A stretch of DNA of 63,217 nt from a virus (lineage: Duplodnaviria; Caudoviricetes). A program made the translations under genes and the position numbers. The DNA lies in IMG/VR virus record IMGVR_UViG_3300021379_000848, positions 1 through 63,217 of that record. The stretch is one strand, 5' to 3'. The notes beneath the pieces are model-generated. The model was not told the origin of the DNA. It saw nothing but the letters and a program-made list of their open reading frames with translations, and searched no databases. Positions 36,130 through 48,354 of the stretch are shown in pieces (position 1 is the first letter of the stretch; every line of letters starts with the position of its first letter).

Positions 36130-36570
36130 ATGAGAATAGATGCGCAAGACATAAGGGAACTCCAATTATTTAAGTACTACAGGCTCGTTAGAAAATGGGC
36201 CTGTAAAACTTATAATATAAAAGACGCTGACCTGGAATTATTAATTTACCTTGATTGCGTTGGTCACTTTACGCGTGATGAATTTAAGGAGGGAGTATAC
36301 ATATACACCTGGGATAAAGGCCGGTGGGATAGGTTGCGAAAAAATGGTTGGATTGATATATTTAGGCACAGGAATCGTACAACAATTAAATATACGGTTT
36401 TTAAAGTTTCTCAGAAATGTAAACTCATGATAACTCGCGTATATCGAATATTACTAGGGCAAGAAGATCTACCTGTTAGTGTCCGAAGTGCTTTTTATAG
36501 AAATAAAACATACACGGATAAAGTAATGAATAAAGCGATAGACGATATGTTAAAAGACAAAACAAGATAA
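36130..36570 (+). CDS. Putative winged-helix DNA-binding protein
   Basis: DLELLIYL...FTRDEF...RLRKNGWI...FKVSQK pattern. Confidence 0.5.
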   Translation: MRIDAQDIRELQLFKYYRLVRKWACKTYNIKDADLELLIYLDCVGHFTRDEFKEGVYIYTWDKGRWDRLRKNGWIDIFRHRNRTTIKYTVFKVSQKCKLMITRVYRILLGQEDLPVSVRSAFYRNKTYTDKVMNKAIDDMLKDKTR

Positions 36571-36572
36571 CA

Positions 36573-36860
36573 ATGGCAAGTAAAAATGCACCTTCAAGAA
36601 AAAAATCAAAAGGATATTACGCTCCTGTAAAAAAAGGAAGCGGAACAGGTAAAAAAGCCGGAGGCGGAATGACCGCTAAAGGCGTAGCTAAATACAGAAA
36701 AGATAATCCAGGTAGCAAATTGAAAACAGCTGTAACCACACCTCCTTCTAAATTAAAGAAAGGAAGTAAAGCGGCTAAAAGAAGAAAAAGCTTCTGCGCT
36801 AGATCAAAAGGATGGACTAGTGAAAGAGGTAGAGCGGCGCGAAGAAAGTGGAATTGCTAA
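36573..36860 (+). CDS. Small basic protein (RRKSFCARS...WNC family)
   Basis: GGMTAKG...NPGSKL...SFCAR motif. Confidence 0.8.
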   Translation: MASKNAPSRKKSKGYYAPVKKGSGTGKKAGGGMTAKGVAKYRKDNPGSKLKTAVTTPPSKLKKGSKAAKRRKSFCARSKGWTSERGRAARRKWNC

Positions 36861-36870
36861 AATAATTTGA

Positions 36871-37560
36871 ATGGCTAGAATTAGTACATATGCTATAGAT
36901 ACCAATATTGTCGCTAGAGACAAGGTAATAGGTACTGATTATACAGGGTCGGTTACTAAAAACTTTAATATAGCTGATTTAGGTGAATTTTTATCTGAGG
37001 GTTATGTTAATGTAAATGGTCAGCATTCATGGAAATTTGTAAATGAAATACAAATAGGAGGATTATACGGTCCAACTGATGGTATTGCTATAAGTAATTT
37101 AAGTAGCATTAAACTCAGTGAGGTAACTATTAGCAATAAGAATATACAAAATTTTTTATTAGAGTATAAAACTAAAAGAATATTGATGGTTGACATCGAG
37201 GAACCTAATAATTATGGGATTTTTGATGTAATAAGTATAAATGAAGACCAAAACAATTTAACGAATTATGATATAGAACTGGAATATGTATCGGGTAATG
37301 GTTCATTAATATTGGAAAAAATATACTCTATATCAATGTACGCTCAAGACGCTACATATACTCATAGACAAAACAATGCTGCAACATCTTGGGTAATTAA
37401 CCATAACTTAAATAAATTTCCAAGTGTTAGCATAAAATTTTCCAGCAACGATCAAATATATGAAAATGTTGGCGCTTTTGCTGGAGTAGAATATACAGAC
37501 AAAAATAACTTAATAATTAATTTAGCAGCCGCAGAAAGCGGGTATGCTTATTTAAACTAA
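36871..37560 (+). CDS. Virion structural/fibre-attachment protein
   Basis: N-terminus homologous to 46726; C-terminal WVINHNLNKFPSV module. Confidence 0.65.
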   Translation: MARISTYAIDTNIVARDKVIGTDYTGSVTKNFNIADLGEFLSEGYVNVNGQHSWKFVNEIQIGGLYGPTDGIAISNLSSIKLSEVTISNKNIQNFLLEYKTKRILMVDIEEPNNYGIFDVISINEDQNNLTNYDIELEYVSGNGSLILEKIYSISMYAQDATYTHRQNNAATSWVINHNLNKFPSVSIKFSSNDQIYENVGAFAGVEYTDKNNLIINLAAAESGYAYLN

Positions 37561-37566
37561 AAAAAT

Positions 37567-39216
37567 ATGGCAATTCCATTTTTAAATCATTTAGATTTAA
37601 GAAGCGTAGCAGAATTACAAAACGCAATACTTCATAAAACAACTTCAGCTACAGCTTCCAACGTTGAAGGTAAAATTATATACGATACTGGAACTAATAG
37701 TTTAAAGTACTATAATGGTACAACTTGGGTTGATTTAGATGGTTCTGGTGATATAGCAGGTGTTACAGCTGGCGCAGGTTTAACAGGTGGAGGAACGTCT
37801 GGTAATGTTACATTGAATATAGGTGATGGATTAGGTATTACGGTTAATGCAGATAATATTGAAGCAAATGTTGATGATGTTACTATTCAAATTGTATCTG
37901 ATGAAATTGCTGCTAAAACCGCTGCGGTTTCAAGTGGTAGTGCTGCTTTAGCAACAGGTGGTCAGATTTATAGTTTTGTTAACGGATCATATGTAGCGCT
38001 TACAGACACTATTACTTTCAGCGGTGGAGATGTAACCGGTTCGGGAGCAGCTAATTCTAATATTAATCTTACTATTGGTTCAAGCGTTGTTGAAGCCGGA
38101 ATGCTTAATAATAATATTATTTCTGGTCAAACAGCTTTAACAGGGGGATTACTTAGCACTGATGAGTTTTTAATTAGTGACGCTGGCGTTATAAAAAGAA
38201 TGGATGTTAGCGTATTGCAATCTTACATGCAATCAAATCTAACATTTACTACAAATACAACTTATGATCTAAACGTACAGGCTGGTGGAGCTAACACGTC
38301 TGTTATTCGTTTAGCGGGCTCAAATGCTACTAATGATGATGTTACTGTTTCTGGAACTAGCACCACTATAAAAGTTACTGAATCTGGTAACACAATTACA
38401 TTGGATCTTCAAGATGATGTAACAATAGCTAACAACCTTACTGTAACAGGAGATCTTGTGGTGTCTGGTACAACAACTACTGTTAATACCGAAACTATTA
38501 ATCTTGCAGATAATATTATTACTCTAAATAGTAATTATACTGGATCAACTCCTAGTGAGCACGGTGGTATTGAAATTGAAAGAGGTACAGTAGCTAACTC
38601 TGTTTTAAGATGGAATGAAAGTTCAGATCGTTGGGAATTTACAAATGACGGCGGAACAACATATTACAATATTCCAATATCTACAGAATATGATAATTAT
38701 AGTTCATGGACAATAAGAGATGGTGATTCAACCACATATACAATTACATCAGGCGATACCCTTCAAATTGCAAGTGGTACTGGTATTGTATCTAACTTCA
38801 CAGCAGATGATGTTCTTACTATCTCACACGGTAATACTTCATCTCAAGCATCTGTAAATAATTCAGGTAGAACGTATATTCAAGATATTACACTTGATGA
38901 TTATGGTCATATTACAAGTATTAGTTCAGCTACAGAAACTGTAGTAGACACTCAATTAGCAACAGCTTCAGCACTTATAGATGTTAGCGCAATGGGTGCA
39001 AATACTGTAGCTTCGTTCACGCATGGGTTAGCTTCTAAAAATTTAATTGTACAAATGTACGATGCCACATCTGGCGAAGTCATATTCGCGGATATTGACC
39101 ATACAAGTAATAATGCAATATCAATTATATTTGCATCAACTCCGACTAGCGATATTAGAGTAGTTGTAATCGACGCTAAAAACGGATTAACTGATAAAAC
39201 AGTTAGTTATTCATAA
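37567..39216 (+). CDS. Tail fibre-like protein
   Basis: Thr/Gly/Ser-rich; AGAGLTGGGTSG, GDLVVSGTTTTVN, GIEIERG, DDYGHIT modules. Confidence 0.75.
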   Translation: MAIPFLNHLDLRSVAELQNAILHKTTSATASNVEGKIIYDTGTNSLKYYNGTTWVDLDGSGDIAGVTAGAGLTGGGTSGNVTLNIGDGLGITVNADNIEANVDDVTIQIVSDEIAAKTAAVSSGSAALATGGQIYSFVNGSYVALTDTITFSGGDVTGSGAANSNINLTIGSSVVEAGMLNNNIISGQTALTGGLLSTDEFLISDAGVIKRMDVSVLQSYMQSNLTFTTNTTYDLNVQAGGANTSVIRLAGSNATNDDVTVSGTSTTIKVTESGNTITLDLQDDVTIANNLTVTGDLVVSGTTTTVNTETINLADNIITLNSNYTGSTPSEHGGIEIERGTVANSVLRWNESSDRWEFTNDGGTTYYNIPISTEYDNYSSWTIRDGDSTTYTITSGDTLQIASGTGIVSNFTADDVLTISHGNTSSQASVNNSGRTYIQDITLDDYGHITSISSATETVVDTQLATASALIDVSAMGANTVASFTHGLASKNLIVQMYDATSGEVIFADIDHTSNNAISIIFASTPTSDIRVVVIDAKNGLTDKTVSYS

Positions 39217-39232
39217 TAATAAAATATAATTA

Positions 39233-42200
39233 ATGGCTCAAAAATTTTTAACAAATATAGAGCTTGAAGCCGGCTTGGTAGATGGTAGTGATTCAACGGG
39301 AACGTCAGGGCAAATACTATCGTCAACAGGAAGCGCAACGAGTTGGGTTAACCAATCAGACGTAGTTGCTGGAGAAGCTGATAAAGCACTTTCACTTACA
39401 TTAAGGGTAAAAAACACAGAATCTATAGCTTTGTCTAAAGGGCAGGTTGTTTGTGCAGCGCCGTCTGCTACCCCTCCGTCTGGAAATGTTATTGAAGTAA
39501 AACTTGCTGACAATAACGGAACAGACAGTATGCCTGCTATTGGTATCTTAAATGAAGATTTAGATGCAGCGGGCGGGACTAATGATGAGGGAGAGGCTAT
39601 AATGTTTGGTAGAATTTCAGGTATAGATACTTCTGCATTTTCTGTAGGTGATGAAGTGTTTGTTTCAGATACAGCTGGAGGATTGACTACCACAAAACCA
39701 ACTGGAGTGAAATATATTCAGAAAGTTGGTGTCGTTATGCGCGATAGTGCTAGTAACGGAACTATAGAGGTTTTTGGGGCAGGTAGAACAAACGATGTAC
39801 CAACTCCGTTATATGTAGACCATACTAATCAAAGGCTTGGTATTGGGACAGCTAGTCCTTCGTTTAATCTGCATGTATTAGGAACTGAAGGAGGGGATGG
39901 AACATATGATGGTGGTATTTTAATTGAAAATAATAATACAAGTAGTGATGGAGAGGCAGCCTTAGCTTTTAAGGTAAATTCGACGAGCAGTGGTTATTAC
40001 TGGTTCACAGGTCTAAATCAATCTTCTAATTACAAAATAGGATACGGCCCTGGTTTTTATGATGGAGATACCTTTTTTACTATCTCAAACACAGGTAACG
40101 TAGGTATCGGAACAACAACACCTACTGTTAATTTAGATATAGAGGATTCAACTGGTGTTACAATAGATGTAAATAGTTCGTCTGGTGATGGTAAGTTTAG
40201 GTTTCAAGACGGAGGGGTGAACAAGTGGCATGTAGGTAGAGATAATACAAATCAAAATTTTGCTTTTTCTTCTGGTAGTGGCTTAGGTAACGGAGACGTA
40301 CTTACTTTAACTACTAGCGGGAAAGTAGGTATTGGAACTTCTAGTCCATATACTAAAACACACATTTACGATGAGATAGACGGTACATTTACAGGTTTGG
40401 CTATTGACAATAGAAAAACTTATGGTGTAGGTACTGGAACTAATGAAACATCAAGATTAATCTTATCATTAAGTGAAGGTGGTGCTCCTGACCCTACAAG
40501 TAGGGTAATGGGATATCTTGAAGCAGGCACATTATCTGAAACATCCTCGGCTAATGGATTTTTATCTTTAGGTACTCGTCAAGGTTCTAGTGATGTTGAT
40601 TACATTACTCTAAATGGAAACGGAACAATAAACCTTTTTAAAAACACCGATATCACAGGGGCACTTGATGTTACAGGTGATGGACATTTTAATTGGACAA
40701 GCGCTAGTAATTTTTTAAGATTTTCAAGAACTGGTCAAAATGATTGGGATATTCGTCATCAAGATGGTGGATTGAGTTTCTATAATAGTTCATCTGTTTT
40801 CAAATCATTACAGCTTATAGGTAATCAGCTTTATAGTAGAGGTGTTCATAATTTTGATAATAAGGTAAAAATAAATCATGATGGGGGTCACACTAGTGGA
40901 ACTGTATCTTACACTCACGCCACTATTGATTTATATAATCCAGCTGAAAGCAATGTAGCAGAAAAGGGCTCTATTCTTACTTTCTCAGACAACTACTATG
41001 ACGGTACAAACTATAATAGAACCACTAGAGCTGGTATTAAGGGTGGGACTCAGTCTACTGGAAATACAGCTAATGGATTTTTAGCTTTTTATACCGATTC
41101 GATTTCTGCAAATTCTCTTGAAGAGAGAATGAGGATTGACAAAGATGGTAATGTGGGAATAGATACTACTAACCCTTTAAATAAATTCCAGATTGGTGAG
41201 TATGTGGTTGGTAGTAATGGAACTCAAAATGTTACAGGTAGAGCATCTATATTTTCGAATAGCGGGGACACAGCTTTACATTTAGGCTTACAAGATTCTT
41301 CCTATCCAAATAGAGGATGGTCATTTAAAGTCAATGAAGTTGGTGTTAATTCAAACCTTGTGATAAAAGAGCATGGATTGTCTGGAGACAGAATTCAGAT
41401 TAATTCTGGAGGTAGATTCAATATATTGGGAGGAGGATTAACTGTTCAAGATAGTACAATTAAAGTAGGTAGTTCAACAGGGGAAAACGCAGTTGATTCT
41501 GGAACTATTGATTTCTTAGAAGATACTGATGCTGATTTTGGAGCTGCTAATGGTTATGGATTTAGATTAAATTATAACGGAAACACCAATGATTTTTCAT
41601 TACAAGCAGGAAGTGATACAACTGTTACTAATGTATTTCGTGTTGATAGAGGCGCTACTGCTACTTTTGAAATATTAAGAAATACCGACATCACAGGAAC
41701 ACTTGATGTTAGTGGCATAGGTACTTTTGGAGCAACTTCACTAACGGCATCTCATTATTTTTATAATGGAAATGATGCTACAATAAGATTAAGAGGAAAT
41801 GATGCTTGGTCAGGTATTGGATTTAAGGGTACAGGTTCGGAAGGATTTATTTATCATAATTCTACTGGAAATTATTTTCAGATGACTCATAGGCTTGATG
41901 CTTTAAGTGGTATCTCTGTAGGCAATACAGCGGCTAACGCAGGGGATATTAGATTACCTAACAATGCAACAATTCAAGCTAGAAATGCGGCTAATACTGG
42001 GAACAGAATATTGATGAGATTCAACACTTCTGATGTTTTAAATATAGCTGAAAGTGGTAGTGCAACTAATTTTGGTGGCGATGTTACAATAAACGGTGAC
42101 TTGACGGTAGACGGTGTAAAATACGGCTTATATAATTCTAGCATAGAAGACGCTTATTATTTTGATGATTATAATGGTAGTAGAAATTTAAGTATATTTT

Positions 42201-44974
42201 ACAAAACTGCATATTCTGATATTCTTAGATATCAACCCGTAGATAATTTAGAGTATTGGGATGGTTCTGCGTGGCAGGACATGAGTAGTCAGCTATCAAA
42301 TGTTCAAAAACTTTTAGACGGGCGTAAGGATACAAGTTGGCAGGTTCCGTCTACATATTATAAGTTTAGATTTACCACTAACCTAAGCACATCATACCCT
42401 ACAAGAGCTATGATTTGGTTAGAAACATCATGGAGTGGGTCTTCTTATCCTGGATGTACTCTTACAGTAGAAGAAAATGTAAGCGGAACTTGGACTTCAA
42501 GGGTTGAAGCGGACTTTACTTCATCAAATGACGTAACAAACTGGGGATTAGCAGCTAGGGCTGATTCAGCACTACATACAGGTTTTGGTAATACAACAGA
42601 TAGTACAAGGATTACAGTAGATTTTTATGGGTGGACACCTAGTAACTCCAGTTATCTAACCATTCCTTTACAAAATATTATGATTACATCTCAGTATTCT
42701 GGCTCAGCTAATACTGATTATAGCAATCTATTAACTTATTCTAAAAATCTTACAACTCCTGCAAAACTTTTTATATCAACTGTTGATTCAAATACATCAT
42801 CAACTTCTGCTTTAGTATTGAATGGTACAGAAGTAGAAAAACGTACACTTGGTTCACTTGGGTTTTTGTCTACAATAAATAACAGTAACTGGTCTGGTAC
42901 AGACCTATCTATTGCAAACGGTGGTACTGGAGCGAGTAGTGCTGCTACCGCAAGAACCAATTTAGGCTTAGGCACTGCTGCAACATCAGCCGCTACAGAC
43001 TTTGTTGCTGTAACTGGAGATACGATGACAGGTAATCTTATTATTGACAAAGACGAACCATGGTTTACATTAGATTCTTCTAATTCTGGAAACCCAACAG
43101 TTGAACAAGCTGCAGGTATTTCTGTTGGAGAAAGCGGAACAAAAGGGACAGCTGCAGTTCATATTACATATACTGGAGATGGAAAAGGTTGGTTAGGAAT
43201 GGGTGCTGTTACAAATGCAGTACCAGCCTACAAGGGCTTGACTATGCGATATAATGAGCAGAGAGTTGGTATTGGTGGAGATTATAGTAATTCTTATAAT
43301 GTAAACATTAATGGAACTACTAATGTAACTAGCAATTTAACTGTAGCAGGGAACATCGATGTTGGTGGGACAGGTAGATTTGATGGTTCAGTTTATGGTG
43401 ATGATTTATTACTAAGTCCTACTGATAATGTAGCTTTTTCAAAAGGAAGTGGTGATACTCATGGTCAGATTTATTTAAACCCGCTTCGTGGTAATAGAAC
43501 TTTAGAGGTTTCAACATTACAGGAAGCAGCTGGAGATGATTTAGATGGTGTTGTTTATGATTCGTATTATACAAACACAGGTAATGCTACCGGCCATTTA
43601 TTCCGAAACGGCGGAAGTAACACAATGGTGCTTGCTTATAATAATTATGTAGGTATTGGAACTATTACTCCGTCTTATAAATTAGATGTAAATGGAGGCT
43701 CTGCAGTAGCAATGAGACTCACTACAACAGCAGATGCTGGATTGCTATTAAACTCAAGTAACTCTTGGACAGGTATAGGATTTAACGATGGAGCAGCTTC
43801 GGGTACAGATTACCTATGGCACAATGGTCAATACCAAACCTTTGCTTTAGGAGGAGGTGGAAGTAATGTTAGTGGTAAAAAACTGCATGTTCATGGGGCT
43901 GCTACTATAGGAAGTGGGCTTGCAGGAACAGCTGTCCCTACTAACGGTCTGTTGGTAGAAGGAAATGTAAGTATTGGAACAACAAATACATCATTCAAGT
44001 TTCATGTAGATGGTGGTAGCGCAATGTTTGATACTGATACAGGTAATAACCCTTTTTATATCGGAAGAAACAGCAGCACTACTGAAGCATTAAAAATATA
44101 TGTTGATGATACAGAAGTTTTTTTCGAAAGCATACAAGATGAGACAGGAGGAGACCACGGTAGATTTGCGTTCAAAATGGACGGAGATAGCCCTAATGCT
44201 TATACTAGATGGCTTCATGGTGGTACAGAACGTATGAGATTTACTGCTAGTGGGATTTTAGGTATCGGAACTACTAACCCTAATACTAGTACAAGATTAC
44301 ACGTAAATGGAGCTGCTTTGTTTACTTCTGGAGCATATATATCAGATACAAACTCTCTTATTTATAGGTATTTTAATGAGCTTATAATTTCAAACTCAGC
44401 TTCTGCAACTATAAGTATAGGTGGCGGCCCAGGTAATGTTACTAATAATCTTGGAATTAATGGAAATTTAACATTTTACAATGGGTCGCAAAGATATATT
44501 TATGGCCCACTTAATGAAAACTTAAACATAGTTACAAAACCAAACACTGCAACTGAAGGTTTCAGAGTAAGTGTTGATAGTGGTAGTAATTATGATTATG
44601 AATTTTTAAGAGACTACGCACATCTTAAAAAACCGACATTATTTCCTACGCAATACAATTCTACAGCAAATATAGATTGCTCTTTACAAACACAGGAAAT
44701 TGTAATCGCAAGTTCAAACTTAACTATAAACGTAAGTAACAATTCATCAGCTTTACACGGTGAAGTTATACTGGTGTTTTTGTATCGAAATGGTACTGGA
44801 GGAACCGTTACTTGGGGAAGCAATATTGAATTTGGTGATGAATCAGCACCAACATTAAGTACAGCAACAGGTAAATGTGATATTTTAAGTTTTGTTGTAA
44901 TAAGTTCAACAAAAATAGCTTATATAGGATGTAGAAAAGGAATTTCTAATTACGCAACAACAGCAAATCCATGA
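39233..44974 (+). CDS. Long tail fibre protein, 1913 aa
   Basis: Multiple (N/K)VGIGT..P repeats; [18 protein letters not shown]; C-terminal TVTWG...APTLS...DILSF domain. Confidence 0.85.
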   Translation: MAQKFLTNIELEAGLVDGSDSTGTSGQILSSTGSATSWVNQSDVVAGEADKALSLTLRVKNTESIALSKGQVVCAAPSATPPSGNVIEVKLADNNGTDSMPAIGILNEDLDAAGGTNDEGEAIMFGRISGIDTSAFSVGDEVFVSDTAGGLTTTKPTGVKYIQKVGVVMRDSASNGTIEVFGAGRTNDVPTPLYVDHTNQRLGIGTASPSFNLHVLGTEGGDGTYDGGILIENNNTSSDGEAALAFKVNSTSSGYYWFTGLNQSSNYKIGYGPGFYDGDTFFTISNTGNVGIGTTTPTVNLDIEDSTGVTIDVNSSSGDGKFRFQDGGVNKWHVGRDNTNQNFAFSSGSGLGNGDVLTLTTSGKVGIGTSSPYTKTHIYDEIDGTFTGLAIDNRKTYGVGTGTNETSRLILSLSEGGAPDPTSRVMGYLEAGTLSETSSANGFLSLGTRQGSSDVDYITLNGNGTINLFKNTDITGALDVTGDGHFNWTSASNFLRFSRTGQNDWDIRHQDGGLSFYNSSSVFKSLQLIGNQLYSRGVHNFDNKVKINHDGGHTSGTVSYTHATIDLYNPAESNVAEKGSILTFSDNYYDGTNYNRTTRAGIKGGTQSTGNTANGFLAFYTDSISANSLEERMRIDKDGNVGIDTTNPLNKFQIGEYVVGSNGTQNVTGRASIFSNSGDTALHLGLQDSSYPNRGWSFKVNEVGVNSNLVIKEHGLSGDRIQINSGGRFNILGGGLTVQDSTIKVGSSTGENAVDSGTIDFLEDTDADFGAANGYGFRLNYNGNTNDFSLQAGSDTTVTNVFRVDRGATATFEILRNTDITGTLDVSGIGTFGATSLTASHYFYNGNDATIRLRGNDAWSGIGFKGTGSEGFIYHNSTGNYFQMTHRLDALSGISVGNTAANAGDIRLPNNATIQARNAANTGNRILMRFNTSDVLNIAESGSATNFGGDVTINGDLTVDGVKYGLYNSSIEDAYYFDDYNGSRNLSIFYKTAYSDILRYQPVDNLEYWDGSAWQDMSSQLSNVQKLLDGRKDTSWQVPSTYYKFRFTTNLSTSYPTRAMIWLETSWSGSSYPGCTLTVEENVSGTWTSRVEADFTSSNDVTNWGLAARADSALHTGFGNTTDSTRITVDFYGWTPSNSSYLTIPLQNIMITSQYSGSANTDYSNLLTYSKNLTTPAKLFISTVDSNTSSTSALVLNGTEVEKRTLGSLGFLSTINNSNWSGTDLSIANGGTGASSAATARTNLGLGTAATSAATDFVAVTGDTMTGNLIIDKDEPWFTLDSSNSGNPTVEQAAGISVGESGTKGTAAVHITYTGDGKGWLGMGAVTNAVPAYKGLTMRYNEQRVGIGGDYSNSYNVNINGTTNVTSNLTVAGNIDVGGTGRFDGSVYGDDLLLSPTDNVAFSKGSGDTHGQIYLNPLRGNRTLEVSTLQEAAGDDLDGVVYDSYYTNTGNATGHLFRNGGSNTMVLAYNNYVGIGTITPSYKLDVNGGSAVAMRLTTTADAGLLLNSSNSWTGIGFNDGAASGTDYLWHNGQYQTFALGGGGSNVSGKKLHVHGAATIGSGLAGTAVPTNGLLVEGNVSIGTTNTSFKFHVDGGSAMFDTDTGNNPFYIGRNSSTTEALKIYVDDTEVFFESIQDETGGDHGRFAFKMDGDSPNAYTRWLHGGTERMRFTASGILGIGTTNPNTSTRLHVNGAALFTSGAYISDTNSLIYRYFNELIISNSASATISIGGGPGNVTNNLGINGNLTFYNGSQRYIYGPLNENLNIVTKPNTATEGFRVSVDSGSNYDYEFLRDYAHLKKPTLFPTQYNSTANIDCSLQTQEIVIASSNLTINVSNNSSALHGEVILVFLYRNGTGGTVTWGSNIEFGDESAPTLSTATGKCDILSFVVISSTKIAYIGCRKGISNYATTANP

Positions 44975-45432
44975 TAAATATGCCGTCACTTATATTAGCT
45001 AAAGGTATTCAAGCAAATACTTTAACATTAAGTAATGCCATCACTTCTTCCTCTAAAAATGATATTTTTTTGATTGGAAACAGAAGTCAAAGTGGACAAA
45101 CTATAAATTGTACTGTTGAAGTAACATCTGTTAATTCTGGAGACTTAGCAACAATAAGTGTAGATGTATATACTTATGATTACACTGACAGCTCTAATCC
45201 TATACCTGACCATGATGTAGAAATTGGTGATGGACAAAGTACTACATTTAACTTAACTGATGACAACTACAACTCCGACATATCTGCTTATGAAGTATAT
45301 ATAGTGCTAGTACAAACCCCAAGTGGATGGGCACACCCAAATGACTCGGCTACAGTAAAAATAACTGTAAATTCAGCGACTATAGACACTGTCCCGTCGC
45401 CAGATAATAAAACATGGACTCTATCAGACTAA
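44971..45432 (+). CDS. Putative fibre tip adhesin
   Basis: Beta-rich protein directly after the fibre. Confidence 0.5.
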   Translation: MINMPSLILAKGIQANTLTLSNAITSSSKNDIFLIGNRSQSGQTINCTVEVTSVNSGDLATISVDVYTYDYTDSSNPIPDHDVEIGDGQSTTFNLTDDNYNSDISAYEVYIVLVQTPSGWAHPNDSATVKITVNSATIDTVPSPDNKTWTLSD

Positions 45433-45436
45433 AAAA

Positions 45437-45739
45437 ATGAAAGAATTAAAAGAATTTATAGACAACCTACCGTCAGACAAGAAGTCTCACGTAGTTTTAG
45501 GGTTATTTTTAAACCCTTTTGCAATATTAATATCGACAATTTTAACCGATATGATTTTAAACAATATTTACACCAGCTACACACTAAGCTTAATACCATG
45601 CGCTTTTATTCATTGGGGTATTGAGTATTGGCAAAAGAAAACAGGTAAAGGGCATTATGACAATTTTGATGCTATAGCAGGGGTTAGTAGTGGTGTTGCT
45701 ATTTGGTTTGTTGGTATGATACTTATTGCTATTAGCTAA
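45437..45739 (+). CDS. Small multi-pass membrane protein
   Basis: DKKSH...TM...IEYWQ...GHYD..DAIA...TM. Confidence 0.7.
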   Translation: MKELKEFIDNLPSDKKSHVVLGLFLNPFAILISTILTDMILNNIYTSYTLSLIPCAFIHWGIEYWQKKTGKGHYDNFDAIAGVSSGVAIWFVGMILIAIS

Positions 45740-45775
45740 AAAAAAATTATATTTAACATTTAAAATAGAAAAACA

Positions 45776-46123
45776 ATGATAACTTACAATTGGAATTGCA
45801 AAACAGTAGACGTGTATCCTACACAAGGGGATTTACAGCAAGTAGTTTATAATGTTCATTATAGAATAACAGGTACATCGAACGAATTAAATGATCAAGG
45901 TGAACCTTATTCGTTTACTCAAAATGGAACGCAAGCATTAAGCACTGGAAGCATAGAAGATTTTACACCATTCTCAGAGTTAACAAACGAGCTAGTAACT
46001 GAGTGGGTTAAAGCAGCTATGGGAGAAGAAAAGGTGGTTAGTATTGAATCTGGTATTGAATCTATGATTAATCTCACAATAAACCCAGTTAGCGTTACTC
46101 TCGAGATAAATGACAATAACTAG
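45776..46123 (+). CDS. Fibre-associated conserved phage protein
   Basis: VVYNVHYR...DFTPFSELT...WVKAAMG motif. Confidence 0.7.
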   Translation: MITYNWNCKTVDVYPTQGDLQQVVYNVHYRITGTSNELNDQGEPYSFTQNGTQALSTGSIEDFTPFSELTNELVTEWVKAAMGEEKVVSIESGIESMINLTINPVSVTLEINDNN

Positions 46124-46218
46124 TAAAAAACTCTGTATCTCAGTACTTATATAAAAATACAGTCAACCTACGTAATAAAATAAATGTAAACAATAAACTA
46201 ATATTAAATTTTAAAAAA

Positions 46219-46506
46219 ATGGGAAAAACAAAAGAATTACAACCAGTTAAGATTAAAGCCAGTGAATTAGCAACTTTACAGCAATATAATGCTGAGACTA
46301 ATAAATTAACATCTATTATTGCAGATTCCGAATTAAAAAAACAAAATGCAATTAATCAGCTTTTAGCTGTTCAAAGCGAAGGGCAAAAATTTACTCAATT
46401 TTTATCTCAGAGCTACGGGTTGACTCAAGATAACGCTATTGATATTTCTACCGGAGAAATAAGTGTTGCTAAAAAAGAACCAAACCTTAATGAACCTGAT
46501 TCGTAA
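46219..46506 (+). CDS. Coiled-coil protein, possible fibre chaperone
   Basis: C-terminal YG...IDISTGEI. Confidence 0.6.
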   Translation: MGKTKELQPVKIKASELATLQQYNAETNKLTSIIADSELKKQNAINQLLAVQSEGQKFTQFLSQSYGLTQDNAIDISTGEISVAKKEPNLNEPDS

Positions 46507-46708
46507 AATAACTATAGGTAAAGATTATAAAAATGACTCCATGCACTACTCTGTAAATCAAGAGGTGTATGGAGGTCATATTATATCTCATATTATAGAA
46601 GAAGAAGAAAAGTACTCTATCTATATAAAACTAGGTGCTGAGTATAAAGTGTGGAAAGATTTTAATAAAAATATGGCTATTTCAATTGAATACAACATAG
46701 ATTATTAA
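46490..46708 (+). CDS. Conserved small phage protein (IRKITIGKDYKN..MHY family)
   Basis: ATG at 46490; motif known from crAss-related packaging regions (from recall). Confidence 0.7.
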   Translation: MNLIRKITIGKDYKNDSMHYSVNQEVYGGHIISHIIEEEEKYSIYIKLGAEYKVWKDFNKNMAISIEYNIDY

Positions 46709-46725
46709 TTAAAATAATAAAATAA

Positions 46726-47646
46726 ATGGCACAAATACGGACTATTCCTAATGATGATACAGTAGAGTTAGAGGATAAACTACTAGGGTCTAGTTCCCAG
46801 GGTAAAACAAGAAATTATAATATAGAGCTATTACTTGATTACTTTAGGGATAATATTGGTTCTATGACTAATGCAGAAATTGTAGCTGCTATTAATACAG
46901 AACTAGGTGGAACTACTTGGCAATCTAGTGGTGGGGGTAGTAGCGGATCTTTGACTGGCGCTGAAATTGTTACAGCTATTGATTTCGAGTTAGGCAGTAC
47001 AACTTGGAAATTTGATAATGACACACAATTAACTAACAACGAAGTTGTTACCGCTATAAATACACAGCTAGGTAATACAGACTGGCAAACTGATACAGAC
47101 ACACAGCTTACAAATGCTCAAGTGGTTTCTGCAATAAATAGTGAATTAGGTAATACAGACTGGCAAACCGATACTGATACCCAATTAACACCTAGCGAAG
47201 TTATTGCGGCTATTGACGGCTCTATTGGAACAGGTTGGAAAAGAGAGGACTTTGCAACAACAGCTCAAGGAACTAAAGCGGATAGCGCAGTACAACCAAC
47301 AGGTAGCAATTATTCTTTTGCTAATGTTATAAGCAGTACATTAGTAATCTTAACAATATCAGCGGGTTCTGTTAACTGGAATGCAGACGGTAGAAACCTT
47401 CATAAAATAGTATTAACTTCGAATTGCACTTTAGAAAACGGGTCAAACCCTATAAGTGGTGCTCAATATCAATTTATAGTGGAACAAGATGCTACTGGGG
47501 GTTATACTTTATCTTACGGAAACTTGTTTAGGTTTCCTGGAGGAACTGCACCTACAATCCCTATAGCTGCTAATTCAAAAAGCATAATAACCTGCTTATT
47601 TGATGGAACTCATTATTTAGCTGTGTCTGCTGAAAACTTTTCATAA
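46726..47646 (+). CDS. Short fibre with five ~26-aa repeats
   Basis: LTxxEVVxAIxxxLGxTxW repeats; N-terminus like 36871; C-terminus like the long-fibre tip. Confidence 0.75.
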   Translation: MAQIRTIPNDDTVELEDKLLGSSSQGKTRNYNIELLLDYFRDNIGSMTNAEIVAAINTELGGTTWQSSGGGSSGSLTGAEIVTAIDFELGSTTWKFDNDTQLTNNEVVTAINTQLGNTDWQTDTDTQLTNAQVVSAINSELGNTDWQTDTDTQLTPSEVIAAIDGSIGTGWKREDFATTAQGTKADSAVQPTGSNYSFANVISSTLVILTISAGSVNWNADGRNLHKIVLTSNCTLENGSNPISGAQYQFIVEQDATGGYTLSYGNLFRFPGGTAPTIPIAANSKSIITCLFDGTHYLAVSAENFS

Positions 47647-47648
47647 CT

Positions 47649-48266
47649 ATGTTTCAATCGACAGCTTTTTTTAAACCACAAAGTACTCCCGCTCCCACTG
47701 GAGTTACAATGCAAGTTGATTTTGGAAGAAATCTGTCTTACCTTATATCCACATCTCCTTGGAATAACTTTGCAACTGGTACATCTCCTGCTCAAACAAC
47801 AGGAGTCACTAATATGTCTGGAGGTGAAACCATCACAGGTCTAACTGATACTAATGGTAACACTACAAACTTAGATTTAGAAATAACATCTGCCTTTGAT
47901 GGCTATCACGCAAATACAGCAGCAACTACTGAAGTGTATGTAGAAAGTGCCTCGAGAGATTGTTGGGGAACCGGTAGGGATATGAGTGCAACAATACAAT
48001 TGCAGAATTGTGACCCTGCAAAAGTTTATGACTTTACGTTCTTTTCTTCGAGAGGTTATATTGGAAGCTTTACAGTATTTACTATTGGGTTAGACACCGT
48101 TAGTATTGACCACAGAAACGAAACCGCCGGGTCAAACACAGGTAACTTAACAACTACCGCAACTATTACAGGTGTTTCTCCAGATGCTAATAATAATATT
48201 GATATTGATGTATCAGGTCTTAATAGATATGGATTTATAAACGTATTAGAAATAACAGAAAGATAA
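47649..48266 (+). CDS. Putative tip adhesin / beta-sandwich protein
   Basis: VDFG...WNN...YDFTFFSSR...FINVLEI. Confidence 0.55.
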   Translation: MFQSTAFFKPQSTPAPTGVTMQVDFGRNLSYLISTSPWNNFATGTSPAQTTGVTNMSGGETITGLTDTNGNTTNLDLEITSAFDGYHANTAATTEVYVESASRDCWGTGRDMSATIQLQNCDPAKVYDFTFFSSRGYIGSFTVFTIGLDTVSIDHRNETAGSNTGNLTTTATITGVSPDANNNIDIDVSGLNRYGFINVLEITER

Positions 48267-48354
48267 ACATTTTTTTTAATTGTATTTTTAAAATATTTTA
48301 AAAAAATAAAAATAAATTTAAATAACGTAATACTAAATATAATTTAAATTATTA

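Noticed and set aside
39233-44974. Diversity-generating retroelement or invertible tail-fibre system
   Set aside because: No reverse transcriptase, template/variable repeat pair or recombinase seen
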